The notes: a model not told the origin generated them from the sequence alone. A stretch of 32,000 nucleotides of DNA from Thermodesulfobacteriota bacterium (GCA_026625185.1 CP113000.1:585622-617621); one strand, 5' to 3'. Shown: positions 1-10,010, counted from the first letter of the stretch. A program made the numbers and translations.

Positions 1-585
1 CCAGATCATAAACGGCACAATCGTGATTACGGGTATCGCAAAAGCAAGGAATCCCTTGGTAAGAAATGCGAGACCGCAGAAGACTCCGAAAACTGACAGA
101 AAGCCAATCTTTTTACCGGGCTGCTTCTCTTTATGGGCAAAAAAGAAAAAAACCATCGCGCCGGTCAAAAACATAGAAAATAGGCCGTCTAAAACATTGA
201 AACATCCAACCCCGAAGACTTCCATAGTGGTAAGAAAAACAGCAGCAGTGCTGATGCCCGCTGAAAATCCCCCTCCGAACTTTCGGACGAACAAAAAAAG
301 CAGCAGCGCAGACCCGCCCGTTGCGAGTGCGGACGGCAGGCGGACCGCAAAGGAGTTTTGGCCAAAAAGAAACATCGCGGCCGCATTAAACCAATATCCC
401 ATCACCGGTTTTTCAAAATACCGGAGTCCGTCGAGATAAGGCACAACCCAATCTCCCGAAACGAGCATCTCCCGGGGAATCTCAGCATACCGGGTCTCGT
501 CGGGGAGGGTAAGCGGTCGCATGCCGAGCGGCACAATGTAAACCAAAACAAAAAATCCGATTACCGCCAGAGCTGATTTTTTCAT
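1..585 (-). CDS. arnT: ArnT-like undecaprenyl-phosphate-Ara4N:lipid A transferase (GT-C/GT83), N-terminal 195 aa; the gene runs off the left edge
   Basis: Not in the ORF track because it has no stop within the window. My minus-strand translation from ATG 585..583 reads MKKSALAVIGFFVLVYIVPLGMRPLTLPDETRYAEIPREMLVSGDWVVPYLDGLRYFEKPVMGYWF...LTKGFLAFAIPVITIVPFMIW. The PDETRYAEI-REM-SGDW-VP-L-G-RYFEKP block is the ArnT N-terminal signature as I recall it from E. coli ArnT. The frame stays open to position 1. Confidence 0.85.
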   Translation of the reverse strand, partial: MKKSALAVIGFFVLVYIVPLGMRPLTLPDETRYAEIPREMLVSGDWVVPYLDGLRYFEKPVMGYWFNAAAMFLFGQNSFAVRLPSALATGGSALLLFLFVRKFGGGFSAGISTAAVFLTTMEVFGVGCFNVLDGLFSMFLTGAMVFFFFAHKEKQPGKKIGFLSVFGVFCGLAFLTKGFLAFAIPVITIVPFMIW

Positions 586-597
586 TGGTTAAGTCCA

Positions 598-984
598 TTA
601 CCCACTTCGAGTGATCAAAAAAACTCCAAAACAAATGACCAAAATGCCCATCCACCGTGCGAAACCAAGAACCTCTCCAAAGAGAATTTGTCCTGCTAAT
701 GCAGTCACGATATACCCTACGCTTAACAGCGGATAAGCGTAACTCACATCCACCCGAGACAAAACCATAAGCCACACAATGATACTAAGAGCATAGCATG
801 TCATGCCCAGGAGAATATGCGGATTAAGAGCCACCTTCAGACCAACTGATATAAAGTTTTTCGCGACAAAAGAAAACGGTCCAATGGCACGCATTCCCTG
901 CTTGAGAAAAAGTTGGGCAGAGGCATTCAAAAGAACTCCACATAAGACCAAGGGAAGATAGCGATTCACAGGATATCCTCGCAT
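598..984 (-). CDS. arnE: Small 4-TM SMR/EamA-type protein, ArnE-like Ara4N-undecaprenyl-phosphate flippase subunit (128 aa)
   Basis: This is the track ORF 598..1116 trimmed to ATG 984. That start lies 1 nt past the arnD stop codon (986-988), and the longer version would overlap arnD by 130 nt. The sequence is hydrophobic with four predicted TM segments. SAQLFLKQG and the C-terminal half (VWLMVLSRVDVSYAYPLLSVGYIVTALAG) resemble E. coli ArnE. It sits between arnD and arnT. Confidence 0.7.
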   Translation of the reverse strand: MRGYPVNRYLPLVLCGVLLNASAQLFLKQGMRAIGPFSFVAKNFISVGLKVALNPHILLGMTCYALSIIVWLMVLSRVDVSYAYPLLSVGYIVTALAGQILFGEVLGFARWMGILVICFGVFLITRSG

Positions 985-985
985 A

Positions 986-1903
986 TTAAGATAGGGTTGT
1001 TGCCTGGCAAGAAACCCATCCCTCACGGCCAGGAATTGTTTTGGGAACCATGGGAGAACATTCAAACTGCGAAGTATCAGTAAGCAAACCTCCCAAGGGG
1101 CTAAACGTTCCCCCACGGGATTGGGCCTGTTTCAGAAACTGCTCAAACATCTTAAAACAGGTCATTCCTTCTACTTCCGCGTGAATGGCCAACACATTAA
1201 GCCGGTCGGGCTTCAACAAAGAGAGGATATACTCATTATAATTGTGGTTTGAAATTCCTTTCTGTCCAATAACTTCATCATACGTTGGTAAGGTAACGGG
1301 AATTTGGGGCTGAGAAAGTGTTATTTCATTCACAATAGGGAAAAATATGCTTTTCCCCCTGCAGTCACTGTTATAGGTGAAAGGAAATGTGGCTTCTTCT
1401 TTGAGGACCTGATCATTACACTTCCATCCCGGAACCGCAGAACATGAGGGTGGCCGGTCCAAAATCGTGGTAAGCAGTGCGATGCCTTTTTTAAACGTAT
1501 CCTGGATGACATCACTGCTCATGTTATGAATATGCCTCTGCCATGCGTAGTGATCCCAGGAATGAAATCCAATTTCATGACCTGCCTCCGCTGTCGCTCG
1601 AATAAGAGGCCCCAGTTTTTCCCCGATCACGGGTCCCGGCCAAAACACACCCTTGAGAAGGATATCCCACCCATACAGTTTCGGTGCCTTGGAACGCAGC
1701 ATCTTTTTTAAAAATGCGGGACGGAACAATCGCCAAAGATGACGCCCCATATTATCCGGCCCCACCGAAAAAAAGAATGAGGCGGTGATACCAAACTCCG
1801 CTAAAAGTTTACCCAGACTGGGCACGCCGAAACGGGTGCCCCTGAAGGTATCAACGTCAATCCGCAGGCCTATACTCATGACACCGTGATTATAGCGGCT
1901 CAT
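986..1903 (-). CDS. arnD: ArnD, 4-deoxy-4-formamido-L-arabinose-phosphoundecaprenol deformylase (polysaccharide deacetylase fold)
   Basis: GLRIDVDTFRGT, ASFFFSVGPDNMGRHLWRLFRP and LRSKAPKLYGWDILL track E. coli ArnD almost residue for residue. The track ORF begins at TTG 1909. ATG 1903 (or ATG 1879) is the more likely start. Confidence 0.9.
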   Translation of the reverse strand: MSRYNHGVMSIGLRIDVDTFRGTRFGVPSLGKLLAEFGITASFFFSVGPDNMGRHLWRLFRPAFLKKMLRSKAPKLYGWDILLKGVFWPGPVIGEKLGPLIRATAEAGHEIGFHSWDHYAWQRHIHNMSSDVIQDTFKKGIALLTTILDRPPSCSAVPGWKCNDQVLKEEATFPFTYNSDCRGKSIFFPIVNEITLSQPQIPVTLPTYDEVIGQKGISNHNYNEYILSLLKPDRLNVLAIHAEVEGMTCFKMFEQFLKQAQSRGGTFSPLGGLLTDTSQFECSPMVPKTIPGREGWVSCQATTLS

Positions 1904-1909
1904 ACGCAA

Positions 1910-3925
1910 TCACCGGTTGTCTTCATCGTATCCACCGGCGCCGATAGCTTCCCGTAAGAAAAAATCGAGGGTTTGCTCTACCGATTGCTCAAGCTCTATC
2001 GAAGGTTTCCACTGCAAGAGCTGCTTCGCTTTCCGAATGCTTGGCCTTCGGTGTTGCAAATCCTGATACCCGCTTCCATAATACGTTGAGCTTTCCACTT
2101 CCTGAAAACCGGCAAATGGCGGGAAATTTGACCGGAGGGGGTGTTCTTCAAATTTTTTCACCAACATCTCGCCCAGTAGTTTGATGCTCGCCTCATTATT
2201 CGGGTTGCCGATATTGATGATCTGCCCGTCACAACAATGGTTTTTATTTTCGATAACGCGAAACAAGCATTCAATCCCGTCGGAAATATCGGTAAAACAA
2301 CGTTTCTGATTTCCCCCGTCAATGAGTTTAATTGGCGTTCCCTCCACCAGGTTAAGGATGAGTTGGGTAATAGCGCGAGAACTCCCGATCCGTGCCGATT
2401 TCAAGCTATCGAGACGCGGCCCGATCCAATTAAAAGGACGAAAGAGGGTAAAATGGAGCCCTTCCTGCTGACCATATGCCCAGATAACCCGGTCAAGCAA
2501 TTGCTTGCTGCAAGAATAGATCCAACGCTGCATGCGGATCGGCCCCAATACAAGCTTCGAACTATCCTCATTAAACTCGCCTTCATCGCACATTCCATAA
2601 ACTTCAGACGTTGAAGGAAAAATAAGCCGTTTTTTATATTTCACGCAGTATCGGACAACTCTCAGATTTTCTTCAAAGTCGAGCTCAAATACCTGAAGTG
2701 GTCTGCGTGTATATTCTATGGGTGTGGCGATGGCCACGAGCGGGATTACTATATCGCATTTTTTTATATGGTACTCGATCCATTCGCGATGAATGGCAAT
2801 ATCCCCTTCATGAAAATAAAATCCTGGTTTACCCAAAAAGCGTTGAATAGACTTGGATTGAAGGTCCAGCCCGTGTACTTCATAGTTCCCGTTATCCAGA
2901 AGCTTTTCAGTTAAAGCGTTACCGATAAAGCCATCAATCCCTAAAACGAGAATTTTTTTCTTTTTTACCATCTCAATGTGCTGGCTGGTAGAAAGTCCAA
3001 AGGTCATCCCCTCAACCAGATTGAGTTCGCGGGCAAGCTGGGTTCCGCCCATGTAAATACCATTTTCAGCCTGGCCGAAATCAACCCGAATGGCGCCTTT
3101 TCCGCACTGAATCACCAAAGGATCACAAGAAATAATAGTACCGGGATCCCTTTTTTCACCCTTATCAGGAATTTCGGTAACCATCCAAAAAAAACATTTG
3201 CGGTCACCGATATAGCTGAATGCTCCCGGATAAGGAATGGTCACCGCCCGCGCCAGATTTCTCACTTGGGAAGCCGTCGCCGACCAGTGTATTTCACCAT
3301 CCTTGGGCCTGCGTCCGCCATAATACGTTGCCTGAGCATGGTCCTGAGGATGACGGGTTATTGTTCCTTTTTTTATCTGGGGAAGAATTTCATCAAGCAA
3401 CTGGTGCGAAGCCGCAACCGTTTTTTCGTAAAGCGACCGCGCAGTATCATAATCAGAAATTGGGATTCTCTTCTGACCGACAATGTCTCCATCGTCAGCC
3501 CGGGGCGTCATATAATGAAGGGTAACCCCGGTTTCTTTCTCGCCGTTGATCAACACCCAGTTTATCGGACAACGTCCCCGGTATTTGGGGAGAAGCGATC
3601 CGTGAAGGTTGAGGCATCCAGCGGGTGGGATGGCGAGGATGGGAGAACGAACAAGATGTCGGTAATAAAAAGAAAAAATAATGTCCGGCGCGAACTCTTG
3701 AACCTTTTTTACCCAGAGGAGGTGGTTGATATCATCGGGCGCGTACACCAGAAGATTATGGCTCGCGGCGCATTCGGTAACCGAACTAAACCAAACGGTT
3801 TCCTGAGGATCATCCTTATGGGTAAAAACCGCGGCAATCTCGAACCCGTTTCGTATCAGAGCATCAATGCCGATACAACCGATATTATGGTAGGCTAAAA
3901 CGACCGCTTTCATTTTTGATTTCAT
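1910..3925 (-). CDS. arnA: ArnA, bifunctional UDP-Ara4N formyltransferase / UDP-glucuronate oxidative decarboxylase
   Basis: The protein is colinear over its full length with E. coli ArnA as I recall it. The N-terminal formyltransferase part has IFSFYYRHL and [13 protein letters not shown]. The C-terminal SDR part has [66 protein letters not shown] and [33 protein letters not shown]. Start is taken at ATG 3925 (GGGAA a few nt upstream); the track start 3943 is TTG. Confidence 0.95.
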   Translation of the reverse strand: MKSKMKAVVLAYHNIGCIGIDALIRNGFEIAAVFTHKDDPQETVWFSSVTECAASHNLLVYAPDDINHLLWVKKVQEFAPDIIFSFYYRHLVRSPILAIPPAGCLNLHGSLLPKYRGRCPINWVLINGEKETGVTLHYMTPRADDGDIVGQKRIPISDYDTARSLYEKTVAASHQLLDEILPQIKKGTITRHPQDHAQATYYGGRRPKDGEIHWSATASQVRNLARAVTIPYPGAFSYIGDRKCFFWMVTEIPDKGEKRDPGTIISCDPLVIQCGKGAIRVDFGQAENGIYMGGTQLARELNLVEGMTFGLSTSQHIEMVKKKKILVLGIDGFIGNALTEKLLDNGNYEVHGLDLQSKSIQRFLGKPGFYFHEGDIAIHREWIEYHIKKCDIVIPLVAIATPIEYTRRPLQVFELDFEENLRVVRYCVKYKKRLIFPSTSEVYGMCDEGEFNEDSSKLVLGPIRMQRWIYSCSKQLLDRVIWAYGQQEGLHFTLFRPFNWIGPRLDSLKSARIGSSRAITQLILNLVEGTPIKLIDGGNQKRCFTDISDGIECLFRVIENKNHCCDGQIINIGNPNNEASIKLLGEMLVKKFEEHPLRSNFPPFAGFQEVESSTYYGSGYQDLQHRRPSIRKAKQLLQWKPSIELEQSVEQTLDFFLREAIGAGGYDEDNR

Positions 3926-4064
3926 CTCATTCCCGCCGACCAATAAGTAGTTATTTTTTTGTAAACTGCTTGATTATTATTTTTTATTTTCCGGTGCTTA
4001 ATTTAAGCGCTTAGTAACAGCATGGAATGGCCGGGAAGAAAATAATTTATTCCGTAACAATTTT

Positions 4065-5024
4065 TCAAACGTTTTGCTCTTTGGCACGGCCAACGACTTT
4101 TTGAACAAAATATCGGGGGCGAGCCCTCACATCCCGATAAATCCGCCCGATATATTCGCCCAGTAAACCCATGCCGATAAATTGAGCCCCGATGAAAATA
4201 AAAAGAAGAGCAAACAAGGTGAAGACACCTTCTGCGGCCCATTCAATCCCATAAATTATTCGCATCGCCAAGATAAGGAGACCCAGTCCGAATCCACCCA
4301 CGGCTATAGTGGCCCCAATGAGAGTCAAAAGTCTTAGGGGAAAGGTCGTCATGCTGGTCAACAGATCAAACATGAGATTGATAAGTTTCCAAAAGCTATA
4401 TTTCGAATTACCTTGAGAACGCTTTTCGTGGTGCACTTCTATTTCGGTGGTAAATCGAGCAAAACTGTTGGCAAGCACCGGGATAAAAGTGGTCCGCTCC
4501 TGACATTGAAGCAAGGCCTCTACAATGGGCCGGCGATATGCCCGGAGCATGCAGCCATAATCATGCATCAACACCCCGGTTGACTGCTGTACCGCCTTGT
4601 TGATTAATAAAGAACTCATTTTTCTGAACAAGGTATCCCGCCGGGACAATCGAATGCTGCCGACGACATCAAATCCGGCTTCCATTTTTTTAACCAACTT
4701 TGGTATTTCCTCTGGAGGATTCTGGAGATCAGCATCGAGAGTAACAACGATTTCACCCCGTGATTCGGCAAAACCTGCCATAACCGCAGGGTGCTGTCCA
4801 TAATTCCGGTTTAGCAGGACCCCGATGATTTTGCCCGGATTCTGTTCGGCAGCTTCGGTAATAAGCTGAGCAGAGCGGTCAGAACTGCCGTCATCCACTA
4901 AAATGATCTCGAAGGTCTTTCCCATACGGTCGCCGGTCGCCAGACAACGACCGATAAGCTCCTTAAGGTTTGCCTCCTCGTTAAAAGCAGGAATAACAAC
5001 CGATAACAAAGGGGTTGTACTCAT
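4065..5024 (-). CDS. arnC: ArnC, undecaprenyl-phosphate 4-deoxy-4-formamido-L-arabinose transferase (GT2)
   Basis: [65 protein letters not shown] and [30 protein letters not shown] all match E. coli ArnC. The ATG overlaps the arnB stop as ATGA at 5021-5024. Confidence 0.95.
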   Translation of the reverse strand: MSTTPLLSVVIPAFNEEANLKELIGRCLATGDRMGKTFEIILVDDGSSDRSAQLITEAAEQNPGKIIGVLLNRNYGQHPAVMAGFAESRGEIVVTLDADLQNPPEEIPKLVKKMEAGFDVVGSIRLSRRDTLFRKMSSLLINKAVQQSTGVLMHDYGCMLRAYRRPIVEALLQCQERTTFIPVLANSFARFTTEIEVHHEKRSQGNSKYSFWKLINLMFDLLTSMTTFPLRLLTLIGATIAVGGFGLGLLILAMRIIYGIEWAAEGVFTLFALLFIFIGAQFIGMGLLGEYIGRIYRDVRARPRYFVQKVVGRAKEQNV

Positions 5025-6172
5025 CGCTTTAACACCTCTTTTATGGTATCCACCACCGCATCCACGTCTTCAATGGTCATATCCGGAAAAAGGGGGAGCG
5101 AGCAAATCCGGTCGGAGTTCCATTCGGTGTTCGGCAACATGCTCCGGCGTGTGCCCATTGACTCCTGATAATATTTCTGGAGGTGCACCGCCCGAAAATG
5201 AAGTCCGGTGCCGATATTTCTTTTCTTTAATTCTTCCATGAACGCATCCCGGCTCAGGCCGACCTTATCAATATCTAAGCGAATAATAAAAAGATGCCAG
5301 GCATGCTTCATCGGATACAAGGGGTCGGCAAGGGGCATGATTTCATCAACTTCGACCAGCCGTTCACGATATCGCAGAGCTAATGCAGTTCGTTTTTTAA
5401 TGAATGCATCGAGACGTCTCAGTTGGCTCAAGCCCAAGGCAGCAGCCATATCGGTTAGGTTATACTTATATCCGGGAGTAACAACCTGGGCCTGGGGAGA
5501 ACGGCCCTGGGTAAAACGATCGTACGCATCCACGCCCAGCCCGTGGAATTTCAATTGCCGGACATGCTCCAGAAGTCCATGGTTGTCCGAACAAAGCATA
5601 CCTCCTTCACCCGTGGTAATATTTTTTATGGGATGAAAGGAAAAAATCGCAGTTCCGGTCCGGCCGATACGATTACCTTTATACTCAGTCCCCAGCGCGT
5701 GGGCGGCATCATCAGCAATAAAAATATTATTCCGCTCAGCCAACTGGCGTATAGAATCTATATCCGCAGGAGCCCCGGCAAAATGAACCGGAACAATTAA
5801 CCGTGTTCTTTCTCTCAGACACTCCCTGATCGAATCGCCTGACACCATCAATGTGTCCCGTTCAATATCCGCAAACACTGGGGTCGCGCCCGCGAGGACA
5901 ATAATATTCACCGTAGAAACCCAGGTCATTGACGGCGTAATAACTTCATCTCCCGGGCCGATACCTAAAGCGTGCAACAAAAGATGCATTCCCGCAGTCC
6001 CGGAAGCGAGCGCCACCGCCCCCGAACAACCAGTGTATCTGCAGAAATTGTCCTCAAATTCGGCACATTTCTGCCCGGTGGTAATCCACCCCGACCGCAG
6101 TACCTCGACAACCGCGGCGATATCTTCCTCCTTAATGGAAGGATGCGAAAATGGTAAAAATTCTTTTCTCAT
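5021..6172 (-). CDS. arnB: ArnB, UDP-4-amino-4-deoxy-L-arabinose:2-oxoglutarate aminotransferase (DegT/DnrJ/EryC1 family)
   Basis: Aminotransferase fold type I. The [16 protein letters not shown] block carries the PLP lysine, as in ArnB. The N-terminus [27 protein letters not shown] is typical of the family. It is the first biosynthetic gene upstream of arnC. Confidence 0.9.
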   Translation of the reverse strand: MRKEFLPFSHPSIKEEDIAAVVEVLRSGWITTGQKCAEFEDNFCRYTGCSGAVALASGTAGMHLLLHALGIGPGDEVITPSMTWVSTVNIIVLAGATPVFADIERDTLMVSGDSIRECLRERTRLIVPVHFAGAPADIDSIRQLAERNNIFIADDAAHALGTEYKGNRIGRTGTAIFSFHPIKNITTGEGGMLCSDNHGLLEHVRQLKFHGLGVDAYDRFTQGRSPQAQVVTPGYKYNLTDMAAALGLSQLRRLDAFIKKRTALALRYRERLVEVDEIMPLADPLYPMKHAWHLFIIRLDIDKVGLSRDAFMEELKKRNIGTGLHFRAVHLQKYYQESMGTRRSMLPNTEWNSDRICSLPLFPDMTIEDVDAVVDTIKEVLKR

Positions 6173-6210
6173 CGCTTTTTTTCGTTATTATTTTTCTTTC
6201 GAAACTTTTT

Positions 6211-8058
6211 TTACTTAACACTTCCTGACAACATTATTTTTTTATCACAGGACGCTCGCCAGAAGCAATGCTTATTTTTCTTCGCATAAAGGGCTCCCCA
6301 GATATAAAGACAATATGAACGGTGCTTGGCAAAATGCCAGCATCGAAGCAAGTGAATCCGCGAGCGAACTTCATCGGGAAGTTTGGGGAAATCTTTTTCG
6401 AACATGAGAAGCTTTCCCTGATGGGTTGTCGATAGATAAAGGTTGAGTTCTTCAGGGGTTGTTATATTTTCTGGCATAAAACCGGTGTCAAACGAAATAA
6501 CCCCCATCGTCGTCTCATTCAGGCAATACCCCATAAATTCCGGAGAAATACCGCTCATGGTCTGGAGGTCTTTTGTAAGAGAATGACGATTTTTGATCCC
6601 ATCTCTCATTCGGTAATACTGTGAACCGCCACACAAAAAAAAGATAAAAGCAAGCCACGCGCAGACCAAAATTACTCGTGGTGAGCCTTTTTCCCAGAGA
6701 CGCATGCCATAAGTAGTTAATCCTATACCCATGAGCAAGAGTAACCCCCAGAGTATGAAAAACAGTGATGCAGAAGGTTTGGCCTGCAAAACAGTATGAA
6801 AAAACCGTGCAAAAAAGGGCTGGCCCCCGAAATAGGCGACCGGCATGGCCACCGAAGTGGCTAAAACAGACAAAGCTAAAATAATAAGCATAATGGCGTG
6901 CGTAGAGTGATCAATTTTTTGCGAGTTTTCACTTTTAGAGGTTGCCGCAACCCAGGCGCCAATCACGATGCCAAGCGGGGCAAAGAGCGGCAAAAGGTAA
7001 AGCATGCGCTTGGTTCCTGGAATACTCAGGAAAATAACGCCGATCGGAAATATTGAAGCCAGGCAAACCAATGCCGTGCCATTCCATTCCGACGGCCAGC
7101 GCTTGCGCCAGAGCCAGTGCCCAACCGCGGGAAGCGTAATCACCCACGGGATAATTTTGATCGGAAATTTCAGGTAGCGCCAGAAAGGATTCTCATGCCC
7201 CCCCCCGTAATGCTGTGCAGCCGAAGGGAAAATACGATTCACAACATTGGGGATGAAAAAGCCTTTCAAAAAAAGTTCCTTGCCTCCCCGAACATAAAGC
7301 ATGAACGGCCACCAAAGACACAAAGCCAGACAAACAAAAATCCCGGGAATATGCACCCACGAACGAAAAAAATTCCATCTCCGTGTTACCAGAATAGCCC
7401 CAATCAACGGCACCGCAACCAAACCCGGACCAACCGGACCTTTGACAAGGAAAGCAAGGCCGCCGGCAAGGTAGACTACAAAAATCCCCAGCGCGGAAGG
7501 TTCGTCCGGTTTTTTATCACCTAAATCTTTTTTGCCGAAGACGGCAACCACGAATCCCCAATAACCAAGCATGACAAAAAGAGCAAGCCAGGGATCAACC
7601 ACCGCCCTATGGAAGTGGCGATAAAAATCAGACATAGTGGCGGTCACAAGTGTTGCCATAAGGCCGGCAAACGGGTTCGCGACCCGCCTGGCTACATCAA
7701 ACACCAAAAGTAATGTCAAAACTGCGGCCAAGGCACTTGTGCTGCGCGCCACCCCATCGGAAACTCCAAAGAGGCGATACATTCCGGCCATGGCCCACCA
7801 GTAAAGCGGAGGCTTTTCCAGGAATGGTTTTCCTGCCAGGGTGGGAACGATCAAGTCGCCGCTTACTAACATCTCCCGCCCAATCTCAGCGTCGCGGGGT
7901 TCATCAGGCGTCCAGAGCGCATGATCAAAGACTCCGCTGAAAGAAATAAGGAGGCTTGCGGCAAACGCCACCAAAAATGCCTGCCGATTAGTCAAGATAG
8001 TTAACTTTTCAACAAGGCTACCGATCAGTTTTGAGAACCAACTATTCATTATAACCAT
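6211..8058 (-). CDS. GT-C fold, polyprenyl-phosphate-sugar-dependent glycosyltransferase (ArnT/PMT-like, GT39/GT83), paralog 2, 615 aa
   Basis: At least 10 predicted TM segments. The first-loop signature TPDEPRDAEIGREMLVSGDLIVPTLAGKPFLEKPPLYWW parallels the ArnT motif seen at 1..585. There is a C-terminal region of about 150 aa after the last TM. An alternative start is ATG 8049. Confidence 0.75.
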   Translation of the reverse strand: MVIMNSWFSKLIGSLVEKLTILTNRQAFLVAFAASLLISFSGVFDHALWTPDEPRDAEIGREMLVSGDLIVPTLAGKPFLEKPPLYWWAMAGMYRLFGVSDGVARSTSALAAVLTLLLVFDVARRVANPFAGLMATLVTATMSDFYRHFHRAVVDPWLALFVMLGYWGFVVAVFGKKDLGDKKPDEPSALGIFVVYLAGGLAFLVKGPVGPGLVAVPLIGAILVTRRWNFFRSWVHIPGIFVCLALCLWWPFMLYVRGGKELFLKGFFIPNVVNRIFPSAAQHYGGGHENPFWRYLKFPIKIIPWVITLPAVGHWLWRKRWPSEWNGTALVCLASIFPIGVIFLSIPGTKRMLYLLPLFAPLGIVIGAWVAATSKSENSQKIDHSTHAIMLIILALSVLATSVAMPVAYFGGQPFFARFFHTVLQAKPSASLFFILWGLLLLMGIGLTTYGMRLWEKGSPRVILVCAWLAFIFFLCGGSQYYRMRDGIKNRHSLTKDLQTMSGISPEFMGYCLNETTMGVISFDTGFMPENITTPEELNLYLSTTHQGKLLMFEKDFPKLPDEVRSRIHLLRCWHFAKHRSYCLYIWGALYAKKNKHCFWRASCDKKIMLSGSVK

Positions 8059-8130
8059 CGATTTTTTTTAAACAACTATAGCTAATTTGTTTCAAAGACT
8101 CTTAAAAGTATTATTAATAACTCAATGAAG

Positions 8131-8168
8131 ATTAACCTTGCATTAAATAAAAATTAATTTTTCTTAAG
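8131..8168 (-). promoter_or_regulatory. Candidate response-regulator operator, copy 1: four phased NTTAAK repeats
   Basis: The plus strand reads ATTAAC cttgc ATTAAA taaaa ATTAAT ttttc TTAAG, with TTAA cores spaced 11, 11 and 10 bp apart. It lies 73 nt upstream of ATG 8058. It matches 11112..11149 at 29 of 38 positions with identical repeat phasing. Confidence 0.5.
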
Positions 8169-8224
8169 AGATATCTACTGGGAAATGTTGCCTGTGGTGA
8201 AATGATGTTGGTTACGAATTCAAG

Positions 8225-8252
8225 AAAAAACCCCTGGAGTACCTTTACGGGG
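8225..8252 (-). terminator. Possible intrinsic terminator after the 566-aa GT-C gene
   Basis: The minus strand reads CCCCgtaaaggtactccaGGGG followed by TTTTTT. It lies about 58 nt after the stop at 8310. The stem is short (4 GC pairs plus 2 internal pairs), so this is tentative. Confidence 0.35.
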
Positions 8253-8309
8253 TAGAAATGTCACCGCTATCTTTCTTTTTTATCGAAGTCATGACTTCAA
8301 CCCGGCATC

Positions 8310-10010
8310 TTACTGCCTGGTAACGAAATGCACCAAAAGCAGAGGTGGGGCATCATTTTTCTCCGAGTCCTGATGTCTTAGAACCACCTCCAGTCTGAAG
8401 TGATCTTTTCCTAAAGCCGCTAGCCTTTCATAGATGTCTTGAGTGACAAGACAGTAACCCTGTTTTCTGGAAGCCAGTGCGGACACAACCGTCCGGGACT
8501 GTGGATTAAAATCCAACTTTACAAACTCGCGCCGCGCGTAGAAAGGAAGAGCGTCTTTGAGGAAAGTGAAATAAACCGGTTCATTTTCGGGCACAAGGCG
8601 GTTAATGCCCTGGGCAAAGCTGACAATGCTTCTTCGAGCGCTCAGCGGTGGTTCGAGCCAGCCGGAAATCCAGATTATACACAGCACTCCGGTTAAAACG
8701 AAAAGTTTAAAAGCCCTTTGAGGGCGCGAAAAAAGAAAACCGGAACCTATCAATGCTGGAATGGCAAGGCAGCCGCCCACGGCAAGAGTGTGCGTGAGAC
8801 TCGCTACTTCACGGGAATACATAGAGAAACCAACCCCGAAAGAGAAAAGCACACAGCCCAAAGAAAGCAACCCGGCCACAACCCAGCCAAAACGATCTAT
8901 CTTCCTGCTCTCAATTGTTTTCAGAAATTGCCGCAGCAGCACCGCCTCAATCACCCCCACGGCAGGAATCACCGGCAAGAGATGATGAATCGGCTGTTTG
9001 GCGCAAGCTGCAAAAAAAACGAAGGTTCCGGTCAGCCACAAGGAACAAAACCGCAGTCGTGACCAACTTTGCAATTTTCTTCCCCATACCGGCAAAAAAA
9101 GGGCCCCGACGCCTAAAATACTCCAGGGGTAGGTGAACCACGGCCAATTGCCCAAATGTTGGAAATAACCCCAACCATGATGCTCCTGGCTCGGAATCAC
9201 AGACAGTTTTACGTCAGCAATCAACTGTAGCAGAAAGTCTTTGTTCCATAACCAAAGCATTATCGGCCAGGCAAATGCGAACCCTATCACCATGAGCACT
9301 CCCCACCCCGGTCGCATCCGCACTCCCAACTGCCATTGATGCGACACCCATAGTTCCAGCACAATAGGTATGCTCACAATAACCAGCGCCAATGGCCCTT
9401 TGAACAAGCAGGCTAACGAAAGGCTGACATAAAAACCCCACCACGAAACTGACCACGGTCGGCCCTCCTTTTTCCAGACCAACCATAGCAGCAGAGCAAG
9501 GCCGGTAAAAAAGCTCAGCAATAAATCTTGGCTCGGCGAATGACATTGGGAAATAAAATACGGTGTGACGGCCAAAATCAAAGCGGCAATCCGTCCGGTT
9601 TCAGCGTCAAAAAGCCGGCGCGCTGTCGCCCAGGCCACAAAGATAATGCCCAAACCGGCAAGCGCGAACGGCAGTCGGAAGCCGAACTCATTTCGTCCCA
9701 GCAGCCGCATGCTTCCCACCGCGATCCAATCCGCAAACGGGGGTTTCAAAATCCGCGGTTTACCTTCTAATTGCGGCAACAGCCAATGGCCATGGTCGGT
9801 CACATCCGCCGCCGTGCCTGAGATCCGCCGCTCACGCAGATCCGTAATATCGCGCGACCCAAGAAAACAGAACACCGATACGATACAAACGACGCCGACC
9901 AACAGGTCCGCGTATTTTGACCAGAAAGGTGTGTCTTCTGGTTCCTTCCGGGAACATCGCAAAGCCTGCGATTGAGCGCAGCACGGTAGAAATCTAAAAA
10001 AAGTAGTCAA
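8310..10010 (-). CDS. GT-C fold, polyprenyl-phosphate-sugar-dependent glycosyltransferase, paralog 3, 566 aa
   Basis: Polytopic membrane protein. Its first-loop region DLRERRISGTAADVTDHGHWLLPQLEGKPRILKPPFADW is a divergent version of the ArnT/PMT motif, with the DE pair replaced by RE. The only start candidate at the ORF head is TTG 10010 and there is no upstream ATG, so the start is uncertain. Confidence 0.65.
   Translation of the reverse strand: MTTFFRFLPCCAQSQALRCSRKEPEDTPFWSKYADLLVGVVCIVSVFCFLGSRDITDLRERRISGTAADVTDHGHWLLPQLEGKPRILKPPFADWIAVGSMRLLGRNEFGFRLPFALAGLGIIFVAWATARRLFDAETGRIAALILAVTPYFISQCHSPSQDLLLSFFTGLALLLWLVWKKEGRPWSVSWWGFYVSLSLACLFKGPLALVIVSIPIVLELWVSHQWQLGVRMRPGWGVLMVIGFAFAWPIMLWLWNKDFLLQLIADVKLSVIPSQEHHGWGYFQHLGNWPWFTYPWSILGVGALFLPVWGRKLQSWSRLRFCSLWLTGTFVFFAACAKQPIHHLLPVIPAVGVIEAVLLRQFLKTIESRKIDRFGWVVAGLLSLGCVLFSFGVGFSMYSREVASLTHTLAVGGCLAIPALIGSGFLFSRPQRAFKLFVLTGVLCIIWISGWLEPPLSARRSIVSFAQGINRLVPENEPVYFTFLKDALPFYARREFVKLDFNPQSRTVVSALASRKQGYCLVTQDIYERLAALGKDHFRLEVVLRHQDSEKNDAPPLLLVHFVTRQ

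Noticed and set aside
23-439. 138-aa plus-strand ORF at the left edge
   Set aside because: It lies antisense to a much better minus-strand reading frame with clear ArnT motifs. Its translation is basic and proline-rich low-complexity sequence with no recognisable domain.
598-1116. Long 172-aa version of the arnE-like ORF
   Set aside because: The extra 44 N-terminal codons overlap the 3-prime end of arnD by 130 nt. An internal ATG at 984 gives a 128-aa, 4-TM protein of family-typical size, placed 1 nt from the arnD stop codon.
2978-3898. 306-aa plus-strand ORF (also 2237..2614 and 3220..3525)
   Set aside because: These are entirely antisense to arnA, whose identity is unambiguous. The translations have no motifs. 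They are shadow ORFs.
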